From NCBI RefSeq assembly GCF_009914755.1, contig NC_060925.1: DNA of 64,000 bases. One strand, written 5' to 3'. Below the pieces are notes generated by a model. The model ran no database searches. It was not told the DNA's origin and saw only the letters and a list, made by a program, of their open reading frames with translations. Of the stretch, positions 14,001-26,640 are shown in pieces. A program made the translations under genes and the position numbers. Every line of letters begins with the position of its first letter. The first letter of the stretch is position 1. Origin of the DNA: the human T2T-CHM13v2.0 reference genome, Homo sapiens.

Positions 14001-15874
14001 AAATCAGTAGCATTTCTATATACCAGTATTTTCAAGCTGAGAGCCAAAGCAAGAACACAATCTCATTTATAATAGCCTCAAAACAAACAAATAAACAAAA
14101 ACCTAGGAATACATCTAAACCAAAAAGGTAAAGTTTCTCTACAAGGAAATCTACAAAACCTTGCTCAAAGACATTATAAATGATACAAACAAATGGAAAA
14201 ACATTCCATGCTCATGGATTGGAAGAATCAATATAACATGGTCATACTGCCCAAAGCAATCTGCAGATTCAACACGATTCCTATCAAACTGCTAACTTCA
14301 TTTTTCACAGAACTAGAAAAAAAACTATTATAAAATTCATATAGAACTGAAAAAGATCCCAAGTAGCTATCTTAAGCTAAAAGAACAAAGCCAGAGTCAT
14401 CACATTATCTGACTTCAAGCTATAGTATAATACTATAGTAACCAAAACAGCATGGTACTAGTACAAATACAGACACATAAATCAGAATACAGAACCCAGA
14501 AATAAAGCTGCACACCTACAGCCATCTGATCTTTAAGAAAGTCGGCAAAAATAAGCAACAGTAAAGGACTCCTTATTCAATGAGCAGTACTGGGATAGCT
14601 GGTTAGTCATATGCAGAAGAGTAAAAATAAACCCCTACCTTTCACAATATACAAAAAACAAAAAACAGTACGGGATGGATTAAGATTTAAATGTAAGACC
14701 TCAAACTGTAAGAATCCTAGAAGAAGGAAACACCATCCTGGACATTGTCCTTGGGAAAGAATTTATAACTAGGCCCTCAAAAGCAATTGCAACAAAACCA
14801 AAATTGACAAGTGGGACCTAATTAAAATAAAGAGCTTCTGCACCAGAAAAGAAACTATGAACAGAGTAAACAGACAGCCCACAGACTGGAATAAAATATT
14901 CAAAAACTATGCATCTGAGGTCTAAATCCAGAATCTATAAGGGACTTAAACAAATGTACAAGCAGAAAACAAGTCACCCCATTAAAAAATGAGCGAAAGG
15001 CATGAACAGAATCTTCTCAAAAGAAGACATACAAGTGCCTAACAAACGTGAAGGAAAGCTCAACAAAACTAACCATCAGAGAAATGCAAATGGAAACTAT
15101 GAGATATCATCTCACACCAGTTTGAATGGTTATTACGGAAAAGTTGAAAAACAACAGACACAGATGAGGCTGTGGAGAAAAAGGAATACTTACACACTTT
15201 TTGTGAAAATGTAAATTAGTTCAGCCACTGTGGAAAGCAGTTTGGAGAGTTCTCAAAGAACTTAAAATAGAACTACCATTAGAACCAGCAATTCCAATTC
15301 TGGGTATATATCCAAAAAAAATAAATTATTTTACAAAAGGGCACATGCATAGGTATGTTTGTTGCAGTACTATTCACAGTAACAAAGATACGGAATCAAT
15401 GGTGGATTGGATAAAGAAAACGTGGTGTATATACACCATAGAATACTATACAGCCATAAAAACTAATGAAATCATGCCCTTATATGCAAATACACCATAG
15501 AATACTACACAGCTATAAAAACTAATGAAATCATGCTACAGTACACAGCCATAAAAACTAATGAAATCATGCCGTTATCCTAAGTGGATTCATGCCAGAA
15601 CAGAAAATCAAATATCACATGTTCTCACTAATCAGTGGGAGCTAAACAATGGTTACTTCACGGAGATAAAGATGGCAACAATAAATTCAGGGGCCTACTG
15701 GAGAATAGAGGGACAGAGGGGGCTAAGGATTAAAAAACTATTGGGTACTATTCTCACTAACTGAGTATGAGATCATTCATACCCCAAACCTCAAAATCAC
15801 TTGATATACCCAGTTAACAAACCTGTACCCCCTGAATCTAAAATAAATTTAAAATTTTGTTTTAAAATTATAAG

Positions 15875-16006
15875 AATTTGAGATAATGCATGTGTTAGAT
15901 TTTCTTAATTATTCCATATGGTAGTAATAAGTCACAATACAACTTTGTACCCCATTAATACATACAATTATACATTCTCAATTTACAATAAAATAATAAA
16001 TAAAAT
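15875..16006 (+). mobile_element. L1MA-type 3' end fragment
   Basis: 'tgagataatgcatgtgttag...ttgtaccccattaatacatacaattat...aataaaataataaataaaa'. Confidence 0.6.
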
Positions 16007-19000
16007 TATGATTATTTAATGCAAAGCTGATAACATTATGATGCAAATGAAATATACACTAGTAATATTCACACTGGTCACCCAATAAATATCTATTGAA
16101 TGAATAAATAAATGAATATTTAAAAATTAAAAAAATAAGAAATCATTATTGTCATTTTCAAACAACATCTACTTAATGTTGGTTAGGACATTGATTTAGG
16201 GATGGAAGCAACTGTAAACTGTTTTAGTAATATCTAATATAAATGTTTCAGTTGAATCAGAATTGTGTTAAGAATTCTGGTTATTTTCTAAAATTTATTA
16301 AATCATATACAAGGTGATGCTATAGCCTTTAGAAAAACAAAGCTTTCTGAAAGCCCTATTTGCTTTGGATCTTCTATAGCTGGGCAAGTTTAGGATCTGT
16401 GTTACACAGACAAAAATCAAACACAAACTTGGAAAAATTAATTTGTTCTGCTTTCAGAACATATTTAGTCAAAATTCACATTGAGAATTGCCAAGTTGAA
16501 ACTTGCAAATTTAAAACTCTTATTTCCTCCCTTTCCTTGGCAAATTAGACAGTGATGAGTAAATACTTTCTTGAACATCACATACTTTTTATCGTTTTTA
16601 GAGCTTTCTATTTCCTCTCTTATTTGTACACAAAAATTCTTTTCCAGTTTTGACAGCATTGGCTGATTTTATTAGCATTTACTTTAACTTTCCAATCAAG
16701 AATAGTATCTATTAAATCTGTTTATTTTTATCTTACTTCTTCTAAGTAGGCTTGGCTTACCCTGTAGGAAGTCAGACATTAACCACACTTCTCATTCTTA
16801 GCAGCACGATTTTCAGATAAGCCTTCAGAAGCAAAGATAAATAAGTATTAATATATGTTGTAATAATACCTTGCAGACAGATCTAAGTTATGCAATTTGA
16901 AAATTAAGAAAGAAATATTTTTCACTTCTCAAAATCAGAGATGAAAAAATATAAATTCTCCATTTTGGGGATTTCTATAAGAAGGTTGACATCTATTTAT
17001 CCTGAGTACTTTGCCATTTACCTCCCTGGAAGCATTTAGTAAAGAAATTGTTTAGCAAACTTTGTGCTGGGATCTTTGCTAGGTGGCTCTGCATGTACTT
17101 TAAAGATATTCTTTTGTGCCATCAAGGAGTATGCTGTCAGCAGAAGAGACAAAAAATTCACAATATTTTAAATGCTAAGACTGGGAGAAGCACTGGGTAT
17201 TTGGAAAACAGGAACCTCTAGCCAAGGTGGAGTAGTGTAGGCCAAATGAAAATCAATCATTCCTTCAAAGGAGATGCAACATTTCAAGTCCACTAAAGAG
17301 AGAGTTCTGCCCATCCTCACTTTTCCCCATCTTCAGTTCTCTTTCTCCTTCTATTTAGAGAGTAAAATTGTCATTTGGTATAAAATCATTACACAGATGA
17401 TGAAGCAGGGTTGTGCTGTATCCTGAGATTCTCAGCAGTGTAAAGAAAGTGTTTTATGAAATTCAAGGTAAGTGCTTAAGCTTTACCTACAGGGTACTGT
17501 ATTTGTTCTTGTGCTTATTTCCTAGATGAGACAGAGACACGAAAGGGCGGTTATTCGCCCCAGGTCCATCAGATTCACACTCAAGGCATGCTCAAGTGTT
17601 GGGAAATCATGAGAGATGGCAGAGGCTGTAGTAATCAACATGGCCTTCACACTTGAGTATGAGCAAGTAACAGGATGTAACAGATACAAATGGACATTGA
17701 CTGGACTTATAAATATATCTCCAAATTTGAAGATAAATTAAGAGAATAAGTGGTGTTCCAAGGAAGAAGAACACTGAAGTAAAAAAGATAAAATAACACT
17801 ACTGGGAAATCTCTGTGCAAGAGAGTATTTCTTCATAATCTTTCATTCAAAAAATGCAATTTTGTAAGAGTCCAATTAACTATCCTGGAAAAATAATGCT
17901 GGAAAAAACAGGTTTTACAAAAAAGCATTGGTAGTTTGAAGATAGAAGAATATTGAAATAAATATGCAATGGAAGATCATAGAAAAGTAGAAAATAATTC
18001 AACAAACCTAAAATGCAATAGTGTAATTTAACATAATATGTATTTTAATGCAATATGCAGTTTACATATAAGATGCAGAATAGCATTAGAAAGAAAATTA
18101 GAGAGATGATGGGCAAACAAGAATCTCTATCAAAATTAAGAGAGAAGAAACAAAAAGACAAGGAAGAAAATAAAAGTATAAGAAAGAAGGTGATAAATAA
18201 CAACAGAGAATGTAAATCCAACCTAAGAATGCTCAGTAGCCAAGGAAGAAAATAGAAAAAGAGATCTAAAATAGGGTGATGGTGATGAAGAGGTGAAGAG
18301 GGAGAATAAAGATGGTGACACTAATAATAACATTACTTTGTTAAGACAAGTCCTAAATACAGGCAAAATTATTCAATACTTAGAAAACGGTATTTCTAGA
18401 AACTCTGAGAAAGCTAAGAAAAAGTCCAACCCTCTAATGCTTGTTTTTTTTAATATAAAAAGTGTGGATTTACAAACACAAAATATGAGAATTATGAGAC
18501 AGGAAATCTAGGGTAATGTATATGTATCCAGATGAATACACAATACAAGTTGTTATTTTGTTTTTAACTTTGGTACCTACAGAAATAATGTTGTCTTCAA
18601 CACATTCACTTCAATAACTTAAAGAAAATCACTAGAGGAATTAAAAACTGGATTTCTATCTCTAAAAATCACTATAAAATCTGATTGTCAAGTTCCCAAG
18701 GAAATGACCAGCATATACATAAAAAAGTTAAAAATCTGAATAACTGCTGAAAACTACGTTTTGTTCTGTTTTTTTTTAGATAAAAGTTGATAGGATATTA
18801 TTGAAAAAGTACAACGGACTTGTTTTCACTCTCTCTCATATTTAAAAGACAAGAATGGCATGGGAAATGCACATAACAAAAATAAGACTTCACTGTCATA
18901 GCCAAGCTTGAAGAGTGAGGCTAGAGCCTGAGGCAAGCTGATAAACACACAGAGAGCTACATGTTTCAGAAACAGGTGACTGCATTAAAGGAATCCTTCA

Positions 19001-19185
19001 AAGAGAAACAATCTTCCTTGGAGCAGTCAGCTACAAACAATGGTCTACCAAAGGGCAGAATAGTGAAAGCACTCTGTCCTAGACCAGAATGTAGAGGGTG
19101 AAGACAGAGGAATAAAATAGATGTGAGTATAAACAGATAGATAGATGACAGATACATGATAGATTAGAAAGATAGGTAGCTAGCC

Positions 19186-19247
<62 letters not shown>
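19186..19247. repeat. Tetranucleotide STR (AGAT)11(AGAC)4 with degenerate GATA flank from ~19135
   Basis: Direct count. Confidence 0.95.
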
Positions 19248-19344
19248 TTTTGGATATACATTATTGTATTTATGTCTCTTTATATTTTATATAACTCCTC
19301 CCAAATTTTAAATGAACAATAAAAGAATCAGAGAGTAAAATGAA

Positions 19345-19620
19345 ACGTTTGAACAACTCTTCTAAGAATCTCTCCTGCAAGCATATTTGCCCATGTAGAG
19401 GAATATTTATGCACAAGAATGTAAATGCTAACCCTACTAATAGCAAATATCTGGAAACAATCTAGAAGCCTATAAAAAGAGGACTAATTATATAAATGGT
19501 GGTGCTTCTATACAGTGAAATATTGTAGCCCTTTGAGTAAAAATGAGTTTACTTAATAGTGCTGGAATATGTGTGATTACATTAAAAATGAAGCATGATA
19601 GAGAACAATGACAATGGTAT
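19345..19620 (+). mobile_element. Ancient L1ME-type ORF2-end fragment
   Basis: 'atgcacaagaatgt...aatagcaaatatctggaaacaatcta...tatacagtgaaatattgtagcc'. Confidence 0.55.
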
Positions 19621-20299
19621 GTCCCTGCATGTTCATAAAGACCACATATATATATATATATATGCACAAACCATTTCTGTAATTGATATGTCTATAATTT
19701 TGTACTAGTATTATGCCATATTACTTATGTAGAATTATAAGTAGGCTTTGCCAATTTAGAATGAATCCAGATTGAAGGCTTTAGATTATTTGTTTTCTAC
19801 TATAATTAATACCCTTTGACAAGGGCACAATTTTGTCCTTCCAGAGGGAACCCACAGCTCAAGCTCTTTAAAAACAATTGGCCAAATGAACGTCATTCAC
19901 CAATTTTAACTTAACCATGCAGGCATTTGGGAATTGGGTGGGGAATAGTGACCAACACATGCCAGATGGAGTCGGGAGAATTGGCCACAGAGCTCCAGAT
20001 ACTAGAGAACCACTAGGACACACTACACACCAGGAGTAGTACAATGTTAAAATGTTATCTTGGATGAAGAAATGGAAAAGAGGCCAAGTCCTTCTCAGTG
20101 ACATAATTGTTACTAAAATAAAAGAGAATTTTAAACACTTGATTCATAGAGAAATTTCCTATATGCCCCACAAGCAACTTTGGGCAGCCAATGCCTCCAA
20201 AAAAGTGAGAAATATTTAAGCATTAGTTCTTGGTACCTGCTGGAAATTATGTGCATTTATAAGTCAATGAGAGAAATATTATCAAGTCTTTTGTTGCAG

Positions 20300-20730
20300 A
20301 CTGTTGGTTGCCATCCCAAATCTATTAGCCCCTTTTTCCATAATAATTAAATTTTAGTGGGGCATATGGCCACAACTAGTCAGTCTAACAATTCCTAGTC
20401 TCTTTTGCAACTTGGTATGGTGAAGTGACTAAGTCCTCTCCAATGGAATGAAAAAAGAAATAATGAGTGTACAAGACATCTCAGATGCTCAAGAAAGTCC
20501 AGTTTGCCCAGGACTCCATTTACCCCTTTCATACGGTCTGGAGCACAGATGGTATTAAAGTAGCTTCCATCATGTAGACATGGAAAATTCTCTAGGAGAT
20601 GGTGGAGAAAAAAAGGTACAAAATTACCAAGACCCTGAATTCCTTCTGTAACAATATTTTGCAATACAAATAAGAAATAAAATTATATTGCTCCGCAAAC
20701 ACTATGTGGATTATTTTTGCAGCAATGTGG
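20300..20730 (+). mobile_element. Old MaLR LTR (MLT1J/K-like)
   Basis: 'ttcctagtctcttttgcaacttggtatggtgaagtgactaagtcctctccaatggaatg' and a 3' 'aagaaataaaattatattg'. Confidence 0.55.
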
Positions 20731-21050
20731 CCATTATCCTACCTATTAGACCTTTATTTTAGCTAAGTCAGCATACTGAGCCTCTGATACAGTGACCTGA
20801 CTGAAGACAGAGGCAAATCAATTATTACCTCCAGCTATCTTGATTACATTTGTCCACATTCCTTCCAATGTCCTTTTCTAGCTGACTTTAACTCAAATAC
20901 TTTCATGTCTCTGATACCCATTAGAATAACCACTTGTCTCAGGGTCAATTTCTTATTTTTTCTATGCTAATAGTACTCTGCAAAAGGATTCTCTAAGAAA
21001 ATGTATGAAATTGGATATTGCCTGGATTGCAAAGATAAACTCAGGAAGAC

Positions 21051-21082
<32 letters not shown>

Positions 21083-21759
21083 CCTGAAAGCCTTTTATGG
21101 GTCCCTGTCTCTGAAACCACATACTCATTAAGTTTTGTTAAATTATGAATGCATTCATGTCATGACAGCTATAAAAGGTGAATTAAAATAATGTGTGGAT
21201 GCATCTAGCACAGTATTAGAAGCTGAGAGAGTCTCAATAATCGTTACTCCCTTTTTCTTAGCCAATCTGATGGCAAAAATTTAATCCAATTATTATTATT
21301 TTTTTACACTGCAAATAAAACCAGTGTATCTTTATTGGAAAAGAGAGGACATAAGGATATAAAACAAAAGATCCTGTTAATTAATAATCTTTCTTAAAAA
21401 TACAAACAACTCATAACGTGTTTATTAGCACGTGTTTTGAATCAAGGATTGAGACAGTAGCCATGGGTACTGTATAAATTGATATCCAAGGTAACAAAGA
21501 ATTAACTGCAATTGAATCTGAACATTTTTTCAAGAGATCCAGGGTTGGATTTGCATATTTAAAATTTATGTTACCCTAGCAACTGTTAAGTCATTTTTTA
21601 CACATGGTTAGTATCATGTGATTGTATGTATTAATAATCTTTTAATAGTTTATAATTCACTAAGAATATTTATAATTAAAATCGGGGACATATTAAGATG
21701 CTAATAACACAACATATTAATGTGAATGCAGACAAAAAATAATACATGGTAAAATTCAA

Positions 21760-22675
21760 TTTTTTTTTTAAGTTCCGCAAAACGTGCAGAATGTGCAGGT
21801 TTTTTACACAGGTATATGTGTGCCATGGTGGTTTGCTGCACCTATCAAACCATCACCTAGATTTTAAGTCCCACACGCATTGGCTATTTGTCCTGATGCC
21901 CTCCCTCCCTCCACCCTCGCACCGACAGGCCTCAGTGCCTATTGTTCCCCTCCCTGTGTCCATGTGTTCTCCTTGTTCAAATCCCACTTATGAATTAGAA
22001 CATGTGGTGTTTGGTGTTCTGTTCCTGTGTTTGTTTGCTGAGGATGATGGTTTGCAGCTTCTTCCATGTCCCTGCAAAGGACATGATCTCATTCCTTTTT
22101 ATGGCTGCATAGTATTCCGTGGTGTATATGTACCACATTTTCTTTATTCAGTCTCTTATTGATGGGTATTTGATTTGGTTCCATGTCTTTGCTATTGTGA
22201 ATAGTGCTGCAATAAACATATGTGTGCATGTATCTTTATAATAGAATGATTTAAATTCCTTTGGTATATACCCAGTAAGGGGATTGATGGGTCAAATGGT
22301 ATTTCCGGTTCTAGATCCTTGAGGAATCGCCATGCTGTCTTCCACAATGTTTGAACTAATTTACATTCCCACTAACAGTGTAAAAGTTTCCTATTTCTCC
22401 ACAGCCTTCCAGCATCTATTGTTTCTTGACTTTTTAATAATTGCCATTCTGACTGGCAGGGGATAGCATCTCATAGTGGTTTTGATTTGCATTTCTGTAA
22501 TGAACAGTGATGTTGAGCTTTTTTGTGTATGTTTCTTTGCCACATAAATGTCTTCTTTTGAGAAATGTCTGTTCATATCTTTTGCCCACTTTTTGATGGA
22601 GTTTTTTTTTTCTTATAAATTTGTTTAAGTTCTTTGTAAATTCTGGATATTAGACCTTTGTCAGATGTGTAGATT
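21760..22675 (-). mobile_element. 5'-truncated L1PA (PA8-PA10-like) 3' end
   Basis: Antisense L1 3' UTR starting with poly(T). ORF2 C-terminal frame MNRHFSKEDIYVAKKH...RCWKAVEK. Confidence 0.9.
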
Positions 22676-23469
22676 ATTTTGTAGGATAAAGAACATTAGC
22701 AAATTCCAAATTGAAGATACATTAGGCATGAGAATAAACAGTATCTTTTTAAAATTTTGCAATCTTTCTCACAAGTTTCTTAAAGTTACTACTCTACACA
22801 AACTGTCCTAACCTGGAAAATCTTTTCTACTCTTAGTACATCAAAGGAGCCTTTCATTCACCACATGTGTGTATTTATTGGTGCAGTTCTGCTTAACACT
22901 TCTCACTGTGATCTATCTAGATATTTCTAAGACCAGTCTTTGGTACTTCTTTGAATCTCTCTTGTGATATTTGCACATAAAAATATGAAATAATGAATGC
23001 CAGGCAGTGTGGCAGTCATTTGGTAAGTACTATTACTATGTTTTACCAGATCTTCTGATGAATATACTGAGTCATCTAAGAAACCAATGACATGAGCCCT
23101 GTAAAGAGTGGAGCCAGAATTTTAGACCAGGTTATTTTAATTACAACAGACTTTCCGATATAGCATGCCACTGACTTAAAGAAAATGTTTCATAAGTCCA
23201 AGTCAGAGGAATGATAATCAGCTTGAGAGTTACAAATGGAAATCAATCATGTACTTTCCTATAATTCTACTTATCAATGACATAAAATAATTTGAAATAT
23301 GCACACTGATTAGGTTTGTGTTACAGTTGAAGTATACTGACGAAGTCGCTGTTATCCTGAGATTTTATTTTTATAAGGGAAATAGTACAAAAATAATAGA
23401 TGGTTTTAAAAAGTGGTTACTGTCAGGAAAATAATAAAATAGTAACATGACAGAAAGTAATGGAGGCTG

Positions 23470-24092
23470 CGTTACTCAAAAGAGGCCCTGGTCCAGACCC
23501 AAAAAGAGGGTTCTTAGATCTCATATAAAAAAATAATTAGAGGCAAATCCATAGAGTAAAGTGAAAGCAAGTTTATTAAGAAAATAAAGAAATAAAGAAT
23601 GGCTACTCTATAGGCAGAGCAGCCCCGAGGGCTGCTGGTTGCCCATTTTTATGGTTATTTCTTGATTATATGCTAAACAAGCAGTGAATTTATTCAAGAG
23701 CTTTCCAGGAAAGTGGTGGGCAATTCCTGGAACTGAGGGAGGATCCCCTTTTTAGACCATATAGGGTAACTTTCTGACATTTCCTTGGCATTTGTAAGCT
23801 GTCATGGTGCTGGTGGGAGTGTTTCTTAGCATGCTAATGCATTATAATTAGCGTATAATGAGCAGTGAGGATGACCAGAGGTCAGTTTTGTTGCCATCTT
23901 GGTTTGGCAGCTTCTTTACTCCAAACTGTTTTATCAGCAAGGTTTTTATGACCTGTATTTTGTGCTGACCTCCTATCTCATCCTGTGACTTAGAATGCCT
24001 AACCTCCTGAAAATGCAGTCCAGCAGGTTCCAGCCTTATTTTACCCAGCCCCCATTCAAGATGGAGTCACTCTGGTTCAAATGCCTCTGACA
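23470..24092 (-). mobile_element. MER41B solo LTR (ERV1)
   Basis: Matches recalled MER41B consensus ('agagggttcttagatctc', 'gagcagccccgagggctgctggttgcc', 'caagatggagtcactctggttcaaatgcctctgaca'). 4-bp TSD GCTG at 23466-23469 / 24093-24096. Confidence 0.85.
23703..23732. promoter_or_regulatory. Tandem GAS (STAT) motifs within MER41B
   Basis: TTCCAGGAA (23703-23711) and TTCCTGGAA (23724-23732), both fitting TTCNNNGAA. Confidence 0.6.
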
Positions 24093-24302
24093 GCTGTGGA
24101 CTCTTTATTTTAGGCCTGAGAAACTTCTACGAGATCTAAATAACAAGTAAACTCTAGCTATGAAGTTATCTGCATGATGAACTTTGCAAGCAGAAGGCAC
24201 AGCAAGTGCAAATGACCTAACTAAGAGCAGTGTTGGAGAATTTCAGAAGCAAGCAGAAGGCATGTGCAACTGGAGAGTTCTGTGTAAGAGTGAGCTAATA
24301 TG

Positions 24303-24666
24303 TGTCAATGAATCTACTGAAAATAATTTTCTTTTTTAAAAATGGAGAGATTTTATTTGAGTACACAATTTGCAAACCAGGGAGATACAGCCTTCACTAT
24401 GAAAATGAGGAATGCAGATTTGTTTGGTTGTGATTGGTCAAAGCAGGTCACAGTGTATTGTCTAGTCCAGGAGGCTAAATGATATTTTCCAGCCATTGTT
24501 TCAGGTGGCATAAATAGGACACAGCTATGAAAGTCCCAAAGTTATGTGAGCACGTGGGTTTTCTGGGAACACATGGTTTATGTGTGACCTTTAGTGAGTA
24601 CATGACCATTGCTTCTATTCTGAATTTAGCCTCAAGGACTGACTCTTTCAGGGTTTACCTATGACA
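24303..24666 (-). mobile_element. Probable old ERV1-class solo LTR (family not resolved)
   Basis: TG...CA bounded block interrupting the L2, with 'agattttatttgagtacacaatttgcaaaccagggagatac' and 'tgtgattggtc'. Confidence 0.45.
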
Positions 24667-25020
24667 TGAGGTCCTGAGAGGAAGGCTGAAGCCAGATTAT
24701 ACAAGCCATAGCAAGGCTTGAATTTTATGCCAAACTCAACAGGAAATTACTGAAAGGCTTTAAGCAGGGGATGACATGGGAACATGTGTATTTTTTAAAA
24801 AGATTCTATGAATGAGTAAAAAATTACGTATGCAGGTAAGAAGAAAAGATCCAAAGCTCTATCAGTGAGGAGATTATACAATAGTGAAAACAAAACAATG
24901 ATGGTAGGTAGAACCAAAATGGGGAAAGGGAAAAAACTACATGTATTTGGTACTCTATTAGAAAGGTAATGTCAAAAAGACTTGCCAATAGATTAGATAC
25001 AGAGAGTGAAGAATAGAGAG

Positions 25021-25417
25021 TGCTTTGTCTTGGATGTTTTTGTTCTCTCCAAAACTCATGCTGAAACTTAATCCCCAATGCAACAGTAATGGAAAACACG
25101 GCTTAATGCAGGGTGTTTAGATCATAAGGGCTTCACCATCATGAAAAATGTGATACCAGTACTAAAAGAGCTTGTGGGAGTGGGCGCACTCTCTTTTGCT
25201 TTTCTGCCATGTGAAGAACAGTGTTTCTACCCTCCAGGGAATTTACCCTCTAAGGCACCAACTTGGAAGCAGAGACCAGGCCCTTACCAGACACCAAACC
25301 TGCTGGTTCCTTGGTCTTGGACTTCTCAGGTACAGAGCTGTGAGAAATAAATTTCTGTTCTTTATAAATTGCTCAGTCTTAGGAATTCGGTTATAGCAGC
25401 ATAAACAGACTAAGATA
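25021..25417 (+). mobile_element. MaLR solo LTR, MSTC/MSTD-like
   Basis: 'aaaactcatgctgaaacttaatccccaatgcaacagt' and 'accagacaccaaacctgctgg...gtgagaaataaatttctgttctttataaatt'. Confidence 0.8.
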
Positions 25418-25464
25418 AAGAGGGAGGACCTAGAAGGACTTTTAGTTGTATACATTAAAACCAA

Positions 25465-26076
<612 letters not shown>

Positions 26077-26199
26077 TCAAGTCTGTTAAAAACAAACAAC
26101 AAGAGAAGTTTTATATCTGAGGTAAATGTAATGATGTAGTTTTATACAAACCTTTATGGTGGTGTATATTTGGGTAAGACAGCATGTATCTCTGCATAA

Positions 26200-26640
26200 C
26201 AAGAGAAATATTAGAGAAACTTACAGGGAAGAGTTTTTCTGGGTAGTCCTGTAGAAAATGAGGTTTAAAAAAAAAAGAGAAGGACATTCTGAATTGAAGG
26301 AACAGCATCAACAGAAAGACTACAGAGAAAAGTGCTTGATGCGCTTCCTGGATGGAGAATAGACCAATGTAATGAGTGCTGAGTGTCACTGACAGAGGAG
26401 CAGAAGGGTGAGAGATAAGGTAGGTAGACAGGGACCCTGCTCTGCCCATGTTTGTTCGGCTTCAAGGTAGGCTGAGGCAAGATTTGTAAAGGGCTTTGAA
26501 AGTGTGCTATGAAGTTAGGAGTTATTCCCACAGGCAATGCAGTGTCAGAGTAATCAGAGTTTTAAGCACGATAAAATTGATGTTTTAAAAATATTACCCT
26601 TTTGGCTGTTGAAGCTGAAGTCAGAGTAAAAGCTACTAGA
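26200..26640 (-). mobile_element. L2 fragment
   Basis: 'gacattctgaattgaaggaacagcatcaacagaaagac' and 'cagagttttaagcacg...aaaaatattacccttttggctg'. Confidence 0.5.

Larger units (their letters stand above)
23330..25020 (-). mobile_element. Degraded L2 fragments hosting two LTR insertions
   Basis: 'gcagaaggcacagcaagtgcaaatgacct' and 'aggaaattactgaaaggctttaagcaggggatgacatgg'. Confidence 0.6.

Noticed and set aside
11869-15764. L1 ORF2 as functional CDS
   Set aside because: Fragmented by many stops and frameshifts.
18055-18511. Lys/Glu-rich ORFs
   Set aside because: A-rich low-complexity sequence, possibly a very old L1 ORF1/HAL1 remnant. No supportable gene.
21052-21081. Isolated A30 tract as a tail-only retro-insertion
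   Set aside because: No TSD or upstream element body is visible; simple homopolymer expansion is sufficient.
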